Of a stretch of 64,000 nt of DNA, positions 19,987 through 32,183 are shown in pieces. Source of the DNA: Planctomycetota bacterium. GTDB taxonomy: Bacteria > Planctomycetota > UBA1135. The number at the start of each line of letters is the position of its first letter. The stretch's first letter is position 1. The stretch is taken from contig JAJFFC010000014.1 of NCBI GenBank assembly GCA_021776795.1, positions 217,771 through 281,770 of the forward strand, in the 5' to 3' direction. The notes below the pieces were generated by a model. The model worked only from the letters and a program-made list of their open reading frames with translations, searched no databases and was not told the origin of the DNA. A program made the translations under genes and the position numbers.

Positions 19987-20973
19987 CTACCTGAGGCCGC
20001 AAGCCTGCAGTGCACGATCGCGCACGCTCTGTGCTCTGGCCCGAGCCTTCGCTGCACCGGCTGCCAAAATGTCGTCGACCATTTTGGGATTCGCCAACAA
20101 CTCCTTTCTACGCTCACGAGCCGGCGCAAAGTACTCCTCCATGGCGTCTTTGAGGCGCATTTTGAGATGCCCATAGCCTGGAGCCTCTTCGCCCCCTTGG
20201 GCCACCTTGTCTTGCCACTCTTGCAGCTCTTCCGACGTCAGGAATAGAGCCAGTAGATCAAACACAAAGAGCTCTTTCGGGTCTTTAGCCTCTTGCGGCG
20301 GGCGGGAATCGGTCACGATCTTGCCGACGCGCTTCTTCAGCGCCTTGCCCTCCTCGAAGATCCACAAGTCATTGCCGTAACTCTTGGACATTTTCTGTCC
20401 GTCAATGCCTGGAACCTTCTGCATGGTTTCGCTTTTCTGCAAACGCATTTCCGGGCGGCGGAAGACTTCACTGCCGTAGGCGCTATTGAAATAACCCGCC
20501 ATATCTTGGGTCATCTCGACATGTTGCACCTGGTCCTTCCCCACCGGAACAATGTCCGAGTCATAAGCCAAGATGTCGGCGGCCATCAAGATCGGGTAGG
20601 TGAACAAACCAACACTTGGCTTGATGCCATTCGCAAGTTTGTCTTTGTAACTGTGGGCACGCTCAAGCAAGCCCATCCCGCTCACGGTCGAGAGCAGCCA
20701 AGAAATCTCCGTGACCTCGGGGACATCGGACTGGCGAAAGAGCACAGCCTTCTCGGGGTCGAGCCCACAAGCCAAATAGGTGATGGCGGTTTCGCGCACC
20801 AACTCACGCAGGCGCTGCGCATCTTTCACCGTAGTCAGGGCATGGTAATCGGCAATGAAATAGAAGTGCTCGCCCGGCTCTGCGGTGGACTGCACATGCT
20901 GACGAATCGCGCCGAAGTAGTTGCCCAAATGGAGCAAGCCACTCGGTTGAATCCCGCTGAGAAAGGTCTTCAT
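19987..20973 (-). CDS. trpS: Tryptophan--tRNA ligase
   Basis: SGIQPSGLLHLGNYFGA (HIGH), YPILMAADIL, VPVGKDQVQH and KMSKSYGN. Confidence 0.97.
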   Translation of the reverse strand: MKTFLSGIQPSGLLHLGNYFGAIRQHVQSTAEPGEHFYFIADYHALTTVKDAQRLRELVRETAITYLACGLDPEKAVLFRQSDVPEVTEISWLLSTVSGMGLLERAHSYKDKLANGIKPSVGLFTYPILMAADILAYDSDIVPVGKDQVQHVEMTQDMAGYFNSAYGSEVFRRPEMRLQKSETMQKVPGIDGQKMSKSYGNDLWIFEEGKALKKRVGKIVTDSRPPQEAKDPKELFVFDLLALFLTSEELQEWQDKVAQGGEEAPGYGHLKMRLKDAMEEYFAPARERRKELLANPKMVDDILAAGAAKARARAQSVRDRALQACGLR

Positions 20974-21380
20974 GCCCACAAAAAGGTGATGGGTTTATCG
21001 ATTTCCGGGTGCAGACTCTGATGTACCGGGCAGGTGTTGGCGGCGTTCACCAGAAGGTTCTTTAGTTTTTCTTCGACCGGAGTGGCCATCTGCACCACCA
21101 CCGGAAGGGCTCCAATCCGGCGCACCGGGTCAGCCACCATATGCTTTTCGACCTGAACCACGGTGCCGTCAAGGTTGAGCTCGTGGCGCTCCGCCACAAT
21201 GCCCAGAATGGTCAAAATGCAGGCGCCGAGGCCGGTCGCGACCAGATCCGTCGGCGAGAAGCTCTCCCCCTTGCCGTGGTTATCCACCGGGGCATCGGTC
21301 ACGACTTGGCACCCGGAAGGCCCATGGGTGGCTTGGCAGCGCAGCTGCCCTTGGTAAACGACGGAGATCTCAACGGCCAT
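20970..21380 (-). CDS. OsmC-family protein
   Basis: TDAPVDNHGKGESFSPTDL..GLGAC and ANTCPVHQSL (two conserved Cys). Confidence 0.9.
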   Translation of the reverse strand: MAVEISVVYQGQLRCQATHGPSGCQVVTDAPVDNHGKGESFSPTDLVATGLGACILTILGIVAERHELNLDGTVVQVEKHMVADPVRRIGALPVVVQMATPVEEKLKNLLVNAANTCPVHQSLHPEIDKPITFLWA

Positions 21381-21410
21381 GGCGGCCTATTCTACGGATA
21401 CCATAGGACC
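21381..21410. promoter_or_regulatory. 30-bp bidirectional promoter candidate with back-to-back -10 hexamers
   Basis: Minus-strand TAGAAT (21389-21394) 8 nt before ATG 21380; plus-strand TACCAT (21399-21404) 6 nt before ATG 21411. Confidence 0.55.
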
Positions 21411-22442
21411 ATGCTCTCACTCCTCTGTGCACTTCCCCTGTTGCAGGCTGGGGCGCCTGGACAACTGATTGTTTTGGAAAAAAATGCCGCCACCGCGCGC
21501 TTGCTCGATACGCGCGAAGGCGAAACGGTCACTACCTGGCCGGTAGGCGATGGTCCTCATGAGGTCGCGTTGTCGCCGGATGGCCGCTACGCCATGGTCG
21601 CAAACTATGGCGGCCAAAATCCGGGCAGCAGCCTCACACGCATTAGTTTGCTCGAAATGAATCCCAAGAACCAGTTGCGCCATTACGACCTGGAAGCGGC
21701 GATTCGTCCACATGGCCTGACTTACACCGGGGACAGTCGCTTCCTCTGGCTCACGGCCGAGGTCAGTGGTGAGCTGTGGCGTATGGATACCAAGACTGGC
21801 ACCGTGGCTGCCAAAGTGGTGGTCGGAGGCGGTGGCGGGCATATGGTGGCACGACAAAACGATGGCCGCCTCTTTGTCAGTCACATTGGCGCTGGCGTCG
21901 TCACGCCGGTGATTTCCACCGGCCACGGCGCCACCACCGTGACTGGGCCTGCGGGTTGGACCGCACGCGAACAAATCTCCACTGGGGCAGGCGCCGAAGG
22001 CATTGCCGTGCGCCCCAAGGGAAAGTTGTTGTGGGTCGGCAACCGCGCCGAAGATACGCTCAGTTTGATCGATACTGAATCGCTCAAAGTGGTGGCGACT
22101 CTTCCCTGCGAAGGATTCCCGATTCGGGTGAACTTTTCCAATGACGGCGCGATTGCGGCGGTGACCTGCGCCACCGCCAATGAGGTTGCGCTATTTGATG
22201 CGGAAACCCATGAACTCCTAGCGCGCATTCCCACGGGCGATGGCACTACGCCGATTGGCATGGCCTTCAACGATGCTGGCACCCACCTATACGTCTCCTG
22301 CTCAGGAAGCAATCAAGTAGCTGACATCGATTTGCGGCTTCGCCGCGTCGTGCAGCATTTCAGCACGGGGGAAGTTCCCGATGGCCTTGCCTGGCTGCCG
22401 ACTCCTCCACCGCAAACGGCCGCAATGGGACCCTCGGAATGA
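21411..22442 (+). CDS. YncE/YVTN-type beta-propeller protein, secreted
   Basis: Signal peptide from ATG 21411; PVGDGPHEVALSPDG, RPHGL, TGAGAEGIAV, GFPIRV and TGEVPDGLAW blade repeats. Confidence 0.85.
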   Translation: MLSLLCALPLLQAGAPGQLIVLEKNAATARLLDTREGETVTTWPVGDGPHEVALSPDGRYAMVANYGGQNPGSSLTRISLLEMNPKNQLRHYDLEAAIRPHGLTYTGDSRFLWLTAEVSGELWRMDTKTGTVAAKVVVGGGGGHMVARQNDGRLFVSHIGAGVVTPVISTGHGATTVTGPAGWTAREQISTGAGAEGIAVRPKGKLLWVGNRAEDTLSLIDTESLKVVATLPCEGFPIRVNFSNDGAIAAVTCATANEVALFDAETHELLARIPTGDGTTPIGMAFNDAGTHLYVSCSGSNQVADIDLRLRRVVQHFSTGEVPDGLAWLPTPPPQTAAMGPSE

Positions 22443-22768
22443 TCGTCACCAATACTGAGACCGTTCCAGGTATGCACATGGTCAAGCATTTTGGCTTGGT
22501 CCAAGGCAGCACCATTCGAGCCAAAAACATCGGCCGTGACTTCATGGCTGGCATGAAGAATCTGGTTGGCGGCGAGCTCAAGGGCTATACCGAACTGTTG
22601 CAGGAATCGCGCGACGAGGCTTTACGTCGCTTGATAGAGCAGGCACAGGAGCTCGGCGCCAATGCCGTGGTCAATCTGCGCTTTTCCACTTCTTCCGTCG
22701 CAGCCGGTGCTGCGGAAATCCTCTGCTATGGCACCGCGGTGCAGGTGATTCAGCCTCCTCCAACATGA
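22439..22768 (+). CDS. YbjQ/UPF0145 family protein
   Basis: MIVTNTETVPG...GLVQGST...GGELKGYTELL..SRDEA...GANAVVNLRF...YGTAV. Confidence 0.92.
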   Translation: MIVTNTETVPGMHMVKHFGLVQGSTIRAKNIGRDFMAGMKNLVGGELKGYTELLQESRDEALRRLIEQAQELGANAVVNLRFSTSSVAAGAAEILCYGTAVQVIQPPPT

Positions 22769-23256
22769 TCCAGATTTACTTTGCGCTAGCGCTACTGGCT
22801 CTGGGCTTGATTGTCGGCTCCCTTTTGGAGCGGGCACATTACGCGCGGATTAAAAAGCGCGAGCGTGCATTTCGAGATTTCCCGGCCATGAGCTTGCGTC
22901 AGATTCCTAATGCGCATGAGGTGTCACGCGCTTCCATGCGCATGGGTTCCGTGGTGATTTCGGTAGATTACTTCAAGCGCTTTGCCGCCGGTTTGAAAAA
23001 GCTTTTTGGTGGCGAGATTCACTCCTACTCCAGCTTGCTCGATCGCGCGCGGCGCGAAGCGTTGCTGCGTTTAAAGGACAACTGCAAAGACGCCGACTTG
23101 CTGGTCAATCTTCGCTTTGAGACCTGTACATTGAGCAACGGAGCTAACTCGAATATTGGTTCGGTAGAGGTCGTCGCCTATGGGACCGCCGTTTGGTACC
23201 GCAACGACCAACGCGAAGATTTGCCGCCGCCAGTACCAACCGCCACCCGCTTTTAA
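22765..23256 (+). CDS. Membrane-anchored YbjQ-family paralog
   Basis: N-terminal TM; GSVVISVDYFKR...GGEIHSYSSLLDRARREA...NLRFET...AYGTAV. Confidence 0.88.
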   Translation: MIQIYFALALLALGLIVGSLLERAHYARIKKRERAFRDFPAMSLRQIPNAHEVSRASMRMGSVVISVDYFKRFAAGLKKLFGGEIHSYSSLLDRARREALLRLKDNCKDADLLVNLRFETCTLSNGANSNIGSVEVVAYGTAVWYRNDQREDLPPPVPTATRF

Positions 23257-23262
23257 ATCAAA

Positions 23263-26299
<3,037 letters not shown>

Positions 26300-26303
<4 letters not shown>

Positions 26304-28108
26304 TCGCCGTTCGAGGCACGCGGGAAAAAGGTCAGAGGCACTTGCGTGCTTTCACCTTCGCGCTCAAAGCTGACGTCGATGGTCATGCCATTTTCGTATT
26401 TGGCAAGGGCGTCCATGAAGTCGTAGATATCGATAACCTCGACGTCGCCCACTTTGCGAATGATGTCGCCCTTGAGCAGACCCGCTTTTTCGGCAGGGCT
26501 CCCAGGCGAAGTTCCGGCGATTTGCATGCCGCCGCCTTCGGGCTCGGCACCGTAATCTGGGATGCTGCCAAACCAAACTTTGGCCGCGGCAACTTCACGC
26601 TCGCCGTTTCCGCTGTGCGGATCGACCACCGGCTTGATGTACACGAAATCGGTGCGCGGCGCTGGGTCTAACTGCAACAAAAAATGCTCCAGCATTTGGC
26701 CCAGTGTGACCATGCCGTCAAAAGCAATCTTGTCGGCGTCGTCGCTTGGCTTGTGATAATCGCTGTGCAAGCCGGAGAAGAAGAACACTGCGGGGACATC
26801 AATCTGGTGGAAACTCATGTGGTCGGAGCCGCCGCCGCCTGGCATGTCGTTTTGGATAATGTCGAGCCTCATTTCTAATCCCTGCTCCTGCGCCCAGGCC
26901 ACGGTGCTTTCTAGAGCCGGACCAAAAGCAGCGCCAGTCTTCGAAGAACCCACGGTCACGCGCCCTTCCGCAAGTCGCCCCACCATATCCAGGTTGAGGT
27001 TCATGACGATGTCTTCGGCCGGCACTGTGGGGTTACGGGTCCAATACTGCGAACCGAGCAAACCCATTTCTTCGCCACTCCACAGCGCAAAGACGACGCC
27101 GCGTTGCAGTGGTTTGGAGCGCGCGGCCAAGGATTCGGCCAACTCAATCACCATCGCGGTACCAGAAGCATTGTCATCGGCGCCGTTGTGAATCTCATGC
27201 ACCCCCGGCGCGAGCGAACCGTCACCGCCATAACCAAGGTGATCGTAATGGCCGCCAACCACCATCAACTCGGGAGTCTTGCCCGGCAAGATGCCCAACA
27301 CGTTTTGCGCCATTTCCGTTTCGCGGGTGACTTCGGCCAGCATTTCGATCATGGGTGGACGTTCACCCTGTGCCGCTTGCTCCAATGCCGCAAAGGTTTC
27401 CGAGCTCACGACTAAAACCGGAATCGTCATGCTGCCGCGAATAGCATCAAAAGCAATCCACTCCTCACCACCTTTGCCGAGGTCGTCTGGGTGGGTGCCC
27501 AGAATCACCCCGAGTGCGCCTGCGGCTTGCGCATTCTTCACCTTATTGCGCAGGTTGCCGAGTGCAGCAAACGTAGGGTCGGCATTGGGGCCCATCTCGG
27601 TGTAACGTCGGACCAAAGCAATCTTGCCGTCGACCTCGGCTTCGGCGTAATCATTCATGCCGTGCGAAGGCATGACCAGGCCATAGCTAGCAGAGCGAAT
27701 CACGCCTTCAATGCTGTCTGAGGCACTAGCCGCCACGGTGTGCACTTCGCCTGTTTCCATGTCTTCGACCTGTAATTCCACACGGCCTTCTTGCGGCGCC
27801 ATCTTCACCGGGAACTCTTGAAGCCAGCCGCCATCGGAACCGGCCGGTTTGGCTCCAGCAGCTTCGAGTTGCTGAATGATCCACTGCGCGGAAGCGCGTT
27901 CGCCTTCGGTGCCGGTGCGACGGCCTTCGCGGGCGTCATCGGCCAACCACAGCACCTTTTCCTTTAACTGGTCCGCGTTTATCGCCGCTAGCGAAGCCTC
28001 CGTCGAGGCTGTCGAGGGTGTAGTCGGCGCCTCAGCTTGAGTACAACTCGGCGCCAGACACAGTGTGAACCCTAAAAGAAAAGCTGGAAGGATGGAGGCA
28101 CGAAGCAT
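26300..28108 (-). CDS. M28-family peptidase with PA and C-terminal PDZ domains (lipoprotein)
   Basis: Lipobox LAPSC; GGHYDHLG, NGADDNASG, SGEEMGLLGS, NLDMVG, SDH and YHKPSD; PDZ WFGSIPDY...GSPAEKAGLLKGDII. Confidence 0.92.
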
Positions 28109-28138
28109 GCGCAGATTCTACCTCGGCCGCGCCAAGGG

Positions 28139-28636
28139 CTAGAAACCAGCTAAGGTCTCGTCGCCTTGGCGCAGAAGGCGAAGATATGTCACGACTTCGG
28201 CGTTGGCGCAGCGCTCACCAGCCCCGTTACGGACTTCTACCTGGTGGGTGCGCACAGATTTCTTGCGCTCGGCGAGTTCCGCCTCGGCTTGGTTGAAATC
28301 GTCCTCGGTGAGGGCGAAGCGCAAGTACAAATCAGAATTACCCGGCTTTTCAAACTGGATCGAGGCTGCCATCAGCCATGCCTGAATCAGGATTCCCCGC
28401 TCCTTAAGACCATGCCAATACATAACCGGAATCACCGGGTCGGCGGCGGCGTAAATCGTGCCGCCAAAGATCGTGCCGTTGTGATTCTTGTTCCAACGCG
28501 ATTTACGAATACAAAAATCCAGCTGGCGGAAGTCCTCTGCGACATGAGTGCAGCGAATTCGCTGAAAGAACAACGGCGGATAGAGATTGAACATCCAGCG
28601 CATTTTGCGCGGGCTGAGCTTGGTGGACTTGGCCAT
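28139..28636 (-). CDS. Hotdog-fold thioesterase (DUF4442/PaaI-like)
   Basis: FNLYPP...NKNHNGTIFGGTIYAAADP...ASIQFEKPG. Confidence 0.85.
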   Translation of the reverse strand: MAKSTKLSPRKMRWMFNLYPPLFFQRIRCTHVAEDFRQLDFCIRKSRWNKNHNGTIFGGTIYAAADPVIPVMYWHGLKERGILIQAWLMAASIQFEKPGNSDLYLRFALTEDDFNQAEAELAERKKSVRTHQVEVRNGAGERCANAEVVTYLRLLRQGDETLAGF

Positions 28637-28654
28637 GGCTTGGAGCCAGCAGAC

Positions 28655-30106
28655 TTAGGAAATTCCGAACTCTTCCCAGCGCGCGGCGACCGACTTCTTT
28701 ATCGCATCGCTCATGAGGATTTCTTCTGGCCACTCACGGGTGAATCCTTCTTCTTTCCACTTGCGCGTGGCATCGATACCGACTTTCGAACCGTAGCAGG
28801 CGGCACGACTGGCATGATCGAGTACTTCAATCGGTCCCATGGTGAACTGCAGGTCCCGTTCGGGGTCAATGTGGTTCAAGACCTTCCACGCCACCTCGGA
28901 ATCATCGTGAATGTCGGTGTCGTCGTCTACCACCACAATCACCTTGGTGAACATGGCTTGGCCCAAGCCCCAAATCGCGTTCATGAGTTTGCGCGCGTGG
29001 CCAGGGTAGGATTTCTTGATTTTGAGGTACATCAAGTTGTGCGCAACACCTTCGAAGGGCATGCGGTAGTCCAGGACCTCGGGGAACTGCTTCTGCAAGA
29101 CCGGCAACAGTAGGCGCTCAATCCCTTCGGTCATCCAGCAATCTTCTTGCGGCGGGCGCCCCACCAGCGTGGTGTGGTAAATCGGGTCCTTGCGGTGCGT
29201 GATACACGTCACATGAAAGCGCGGGTACTGGTCGGCCAGCGAGTAGAAGCCGGTATGGTCGCCAAAAGGGCCTTCGGTGACGAGGTCATTCGGGTCGACA
29301 TAACCCTCGAGCACGATTTCGGCAGTGGCGGGCACCTCTAGGGGCACACTGTGGCAGGGCACCAAGGGCACTGGTTTGTTGCGCAAGAAACCTGCGATCA
29401 ACAGTTCATCGACATCGGGCGGCGCGGGCACCACGCTGGCAAAACAGGTTGCTGGATCGGCGCCAATCACCACTGCGGCGGGAATGGTTTCGCCGCGCTC
29501 GGCCGCTTTGCCTAAATGGCGCCGCGCATCTTTGTGCATATGGGTGTGAAAACCGGTCACTTTGGGGCCCATGACCTGCAAGCGGTAGGTTCCCAGATTT
29601 CGTTTTCCAGATTCCGGGTCCTGCGTCACGCACAGCGGAAAGGTGATGAACGGACCGGCGTCGTCGGGCCAGGTCGTGAGCACCGGTAACTTGCCGAGGT
29701 CGACGTCGTCGCCCTCCAAAATGACTTCTTGGCAGGGTGCGGAACGAACCTTCTTCGGCATCCAGCGGCCGATGGCTGCCAATTTCGGCAGCATTTTCAC
29801 CTTGTCCATTAAGGATTCTGGCGGCGCTTGGTCGAGTACCTCGCGTAGACGATCGGCATGGTCTTCCATGCTCTTAGCGCCGAGCGAAATGGCGCAGCGA
29901 TCGCGCGAGCCAAAGCCGTTAATGAAAACCGGCATCGATGAGCCTTTGACATTTTCAAACAGCAGGGCCCGATTTGGCGCACCCTGCTCCTTGGAAACGC
30001 GGTCGGTGATCTCGGCAATTTCCAAAACCGGGTCGACCTCGGCGCGAATCCGCACCAGCTCACCAGCCGCATCGAGAGCGGCAATCCATTCGCGCAAACT
30101 TTCCAT
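28655..30106 (-). CDS. UbiD-family prFMN-dependent decarboxylase (menaquinone-biosynthesis decarboxylase type)
   Basis: LLFENVKG, RNLGTYRLQ, EGPFGDHTGFY, IKKSYPGHARK and SKVGIDATRK. Confidence 0.92.
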   Translation of the reverse strand: MESLREWIAALDAAGELVRIRAEVDPVLEIAEITDRVSKEQGAPNRALLFENVKGSSMPVFINGFGSRDRCAISLGAKSMEDHADRLREVLDQAPPESLMDKVKMLPKLAAIGRWMPKKVRSAPCQEVILEGDDVDLGKLPVLTTWPDDAGPFITFPLCVTQDPESGKRNLGTYRLQVMGPKVTGFHTHMHKDARRHLGKAAERGETIPAAVVIGADPATCFASVVPAPPDVDELLIAGFLRNKPVPLVPCHSVPLEVPATAEIVLEGYVDPNDLVTEGPFGDHTGFYSLADQYPRFHVTCITHRKDPIYHTTLVGRPPQEDCWMTEGIERLLLPVLQKQFPEVLDYRMPFEGVAHNLMYLKIKKSYPGHARKLMNAIWGLGQAMFTKVIVVVDDDTDIHDDSEVAWKVLNHIDPERDLQFTMGPIEVLDHASRAACYGSKVGIDATRKWKEEGFTREWPEEILMSDAIKKSVAARWEEFGIS

Positions 30107-30171
30107 GATGAATCGGGCACCGTGGTGCCGCAACCAAGGATTTTAGGACGCGTCTCGGCTCATATCTCCAT

Positions 30172-30204
30172 AAAAAACGGGCAGGGTGAGAGTCACCCTG
30201 CCCG
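30172..30204 (-). terminator. Rho-independent terminator downstream of the M36-like gene
   Basis: Perfect 12-bp stem CGGGCAGGGTGA/TCACCCTGCCCG with a 3-nt loop, followed by T6 on the minus strand. Confidence 0.9.
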
Positions 30205-30220
30205 AAGCCGTTGGCAGCCC

Positions 30221-32110
30221 TTAATTGCGCTCGGCACGCAGGGCGATGGGAGCGCTTACCTTCACCGCAGCGCCGGAACCATCCAAAATCATGACCTGGA
30301 AGAAATAGGCCTGCTTGAACGGCAATCCAGCCGGGACCGGAATCGTGAAGTTGGCTAGGCCCTGGGCATCGAGGGTGCCCTGAAAGGAAGCTAGGCCGAG
30401 GCTTGTGGCCAGGAGCTCATCGCCAATGTTGAGAGTGGTCTGGAACGGAGGGCCCAGCACCGTGGTCTGCGCTTGGGTGGAAACCACGACCTGAAAATCA
30501 GCGCCTGGATCGAGAATCGAACCGACATCGAAGCGCACTTGCTCCCCAGCCAACAGGGAACGACGATCCGCCAGGAGACGCGCTTCCGAGGCAGGTGGCG
30601 AGGCCAGATCCGAGCGGGTCATGGCCCCAGTTAGGTAGGGTGCATTGGCCCCAGCCGTGAGCTGTTGCTCGGCGACAAAGAGCAAATCTGCGGCTTGCTG
30701 CATGTTGGTGTTTGGGCCCATCAAACTCATGGCCGAGGTCACCAAGATCAGGCTGTCGTCGGCACCAAGCATGTGTGTCATTTCCCACAAGGCCGATGAC
30801 CACAATTCACCATCGTCGTGGACGGCACCCACCAAATCTTGCGGGTACTTCTTGAGACCATCGATGCGACGCACAGCCGGATAACCGATGCCCGTACCGA
30901 GGGCAACGCCAGCCCACTCTCCGACAAGTGTGTCGTTGGCTTGGACGGCAGCGAAGTAATCGCCGTAGCCCTCTCCCATGCCGCCGTTCTCACTACCGCC
31001 AAAACCACCGGCCAGGCCGCCTTGAATTTCATCGTGAATGGCGTGGCCGTATTCGTGCAGGATGACATCGGCATCTTCGGCAAAGTCGACATTCTTGGTG
31101 CCAAAAGCAATCACTTGAGTCGCCGAGTTATAGGAAGCGTTGGCGTATTCGAAGCCAAACAAGCGATCTTCGACATTGATCTTTTGCGCCGTTTGCCTCG
31201 CCACAATGCCTAAGGATTGAAGTCGCCGCTGAAAAGTGTCGACGTGGTAGTAACCCATGCCTTCTTCAAAGGCCTTGCTGGCGCGGGTACTGCGGAAATC
31301 TAAGTTGCCTGCGAAGCTACGGTTCGGTGTCGCCGAAGTGGTGGCCCATAATCCATCCATGCGGCCGCTGCCATCTAGGTCGAGCAGGTCGATTTCTGTG
31401 TATGCAGCACGCGGCACCGCACTACCACTGTTGTTTTGATCGGTCAGCTGCGGATTATCTAAACTCTCTACCGGGTTGGGCGTGAACACCACGGCCTTGC
31501 CAGTTTGATGCTGAATTAAATCCAAGCGCTGCAACAAAGCGCCATCATTTGCGGCGTAATGCATTTCGTACAGCAAGGAGCTTGCGGCTTCGGCATTCAC
31601 CTTGACACGCCATACCAATCGGCTTTGGCCAACGCCCGGTAACACGGCGAGCTCGGCCAAAATAACCTTGGGCAGGAAGGCTTCGCCAATGCCATCGACA
31701 GCCAGTTGCTTGGCTCCGGATTCCGTCAATACGGGAAGCGTGAAGCGAGTCTCCCCTAAAGGAGTCAGGTTGCCGTGCAGCAACACTCGCCCGTCGTTCA
31801 GCCAGGCCACGCGCAGCCAATCGCCGAGGACTGGGTACCCATTTGCGGTAGGACGCAACAACACGCGGCGAGTCGTAATCGAACTGGGGGCTTGCTCAGC
31901 ATGAAGCACAAAGGCATAGTTCGGCAGAAGCGCTTCAGCAAGCGCCACAGGGTCAACATCGGGCGAGGCTTCGGTGTACTGGAACACCGCCTCATTCTGA
32001 GCTGCGGGAACCTGCCAGGTCGTGGGCAACGCCACGGGAAACTGGCTCTGGCCAAGGGGGGCGACCTGCGTGGGGGTTAGGGCGAATAAAAGTGTGAGGA
32101 GGGGTGACAT
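30221..32110 (-). CDS. Secreted thermolysin/fungalysin-like (M4/M36) metallopeptidase with a C-terminal beta domain
   Basis: Signal peptide from ATG 32110; propeptide region; NASY, EDADVILHEYGHAIH, GMGEGYGDY and VHDDGELWS. Confidence 0.88.
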   Translation of the reverse strand: MSPLLTLLFALTPTQVAPLGQSQFPVALPTTWQVPAAQNEAVFQYTEASPDVDPVALAEALLPNYAFVLHAEQAPSSITTRRVLLRPTANGYPVLGDWLRVAWLNDGRVLLHGNLTPLGETRFTLPVLTESGAKQLAVDGIGEAFLPKVILAELAVLPGVGQSRLVWRVKVNAEAASSLLYEMHYAANDGALLQRLDLIQHQTGKAVVFTPNPVESLDNPQLTDQNNSGSAVPRAAYTEIDLLDLDGSGRMDGLWATTSATPNRSFAGNLDFRSTRASKAFEEGMGYYHVDTFQRRLQSLGIVARQTAQKINVEDRLFGFEYANASYNSATQVIAFGTKNVDFAEDADVILHEYGHAIHDEIQGGLAGGFGGSENGGMGEGYGDYFAAVQANDTLVGEWAGVALGTGIGYPAVRRIDGLKKYPQDLVGAVHDDGELWSSALWEMTHMLGADDSLILVTSAMSLMGPNTNMQQAADLLFVAEQQLTAGANAPYLTGAMTRSDLASPPASEARLLADRRSLLAGEQVRFDVGSILDPGADFQVVVSTQAQTTVLGPPFQTTLNIGDELLATSLGLASFQGTLDAQGLANFTIPVPAGLPFKQAYFFQVMILDGSGAAVKVSAPIALRAERN

Positions 32111-32183
32111 GGAGAATAGATGGTATAAAGGATTTCCTGCTTCTGCAGCGCAATTGCCCCCATCTCCCACCCTCATCACACTC

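Noticed and set aside
30116-30129. GGCACC-GT-GGTGCC inverted repeat in the leader of the UbiD-family gene
   Set aside because: A short GC-rich palindrome, likely by chance; no additional support
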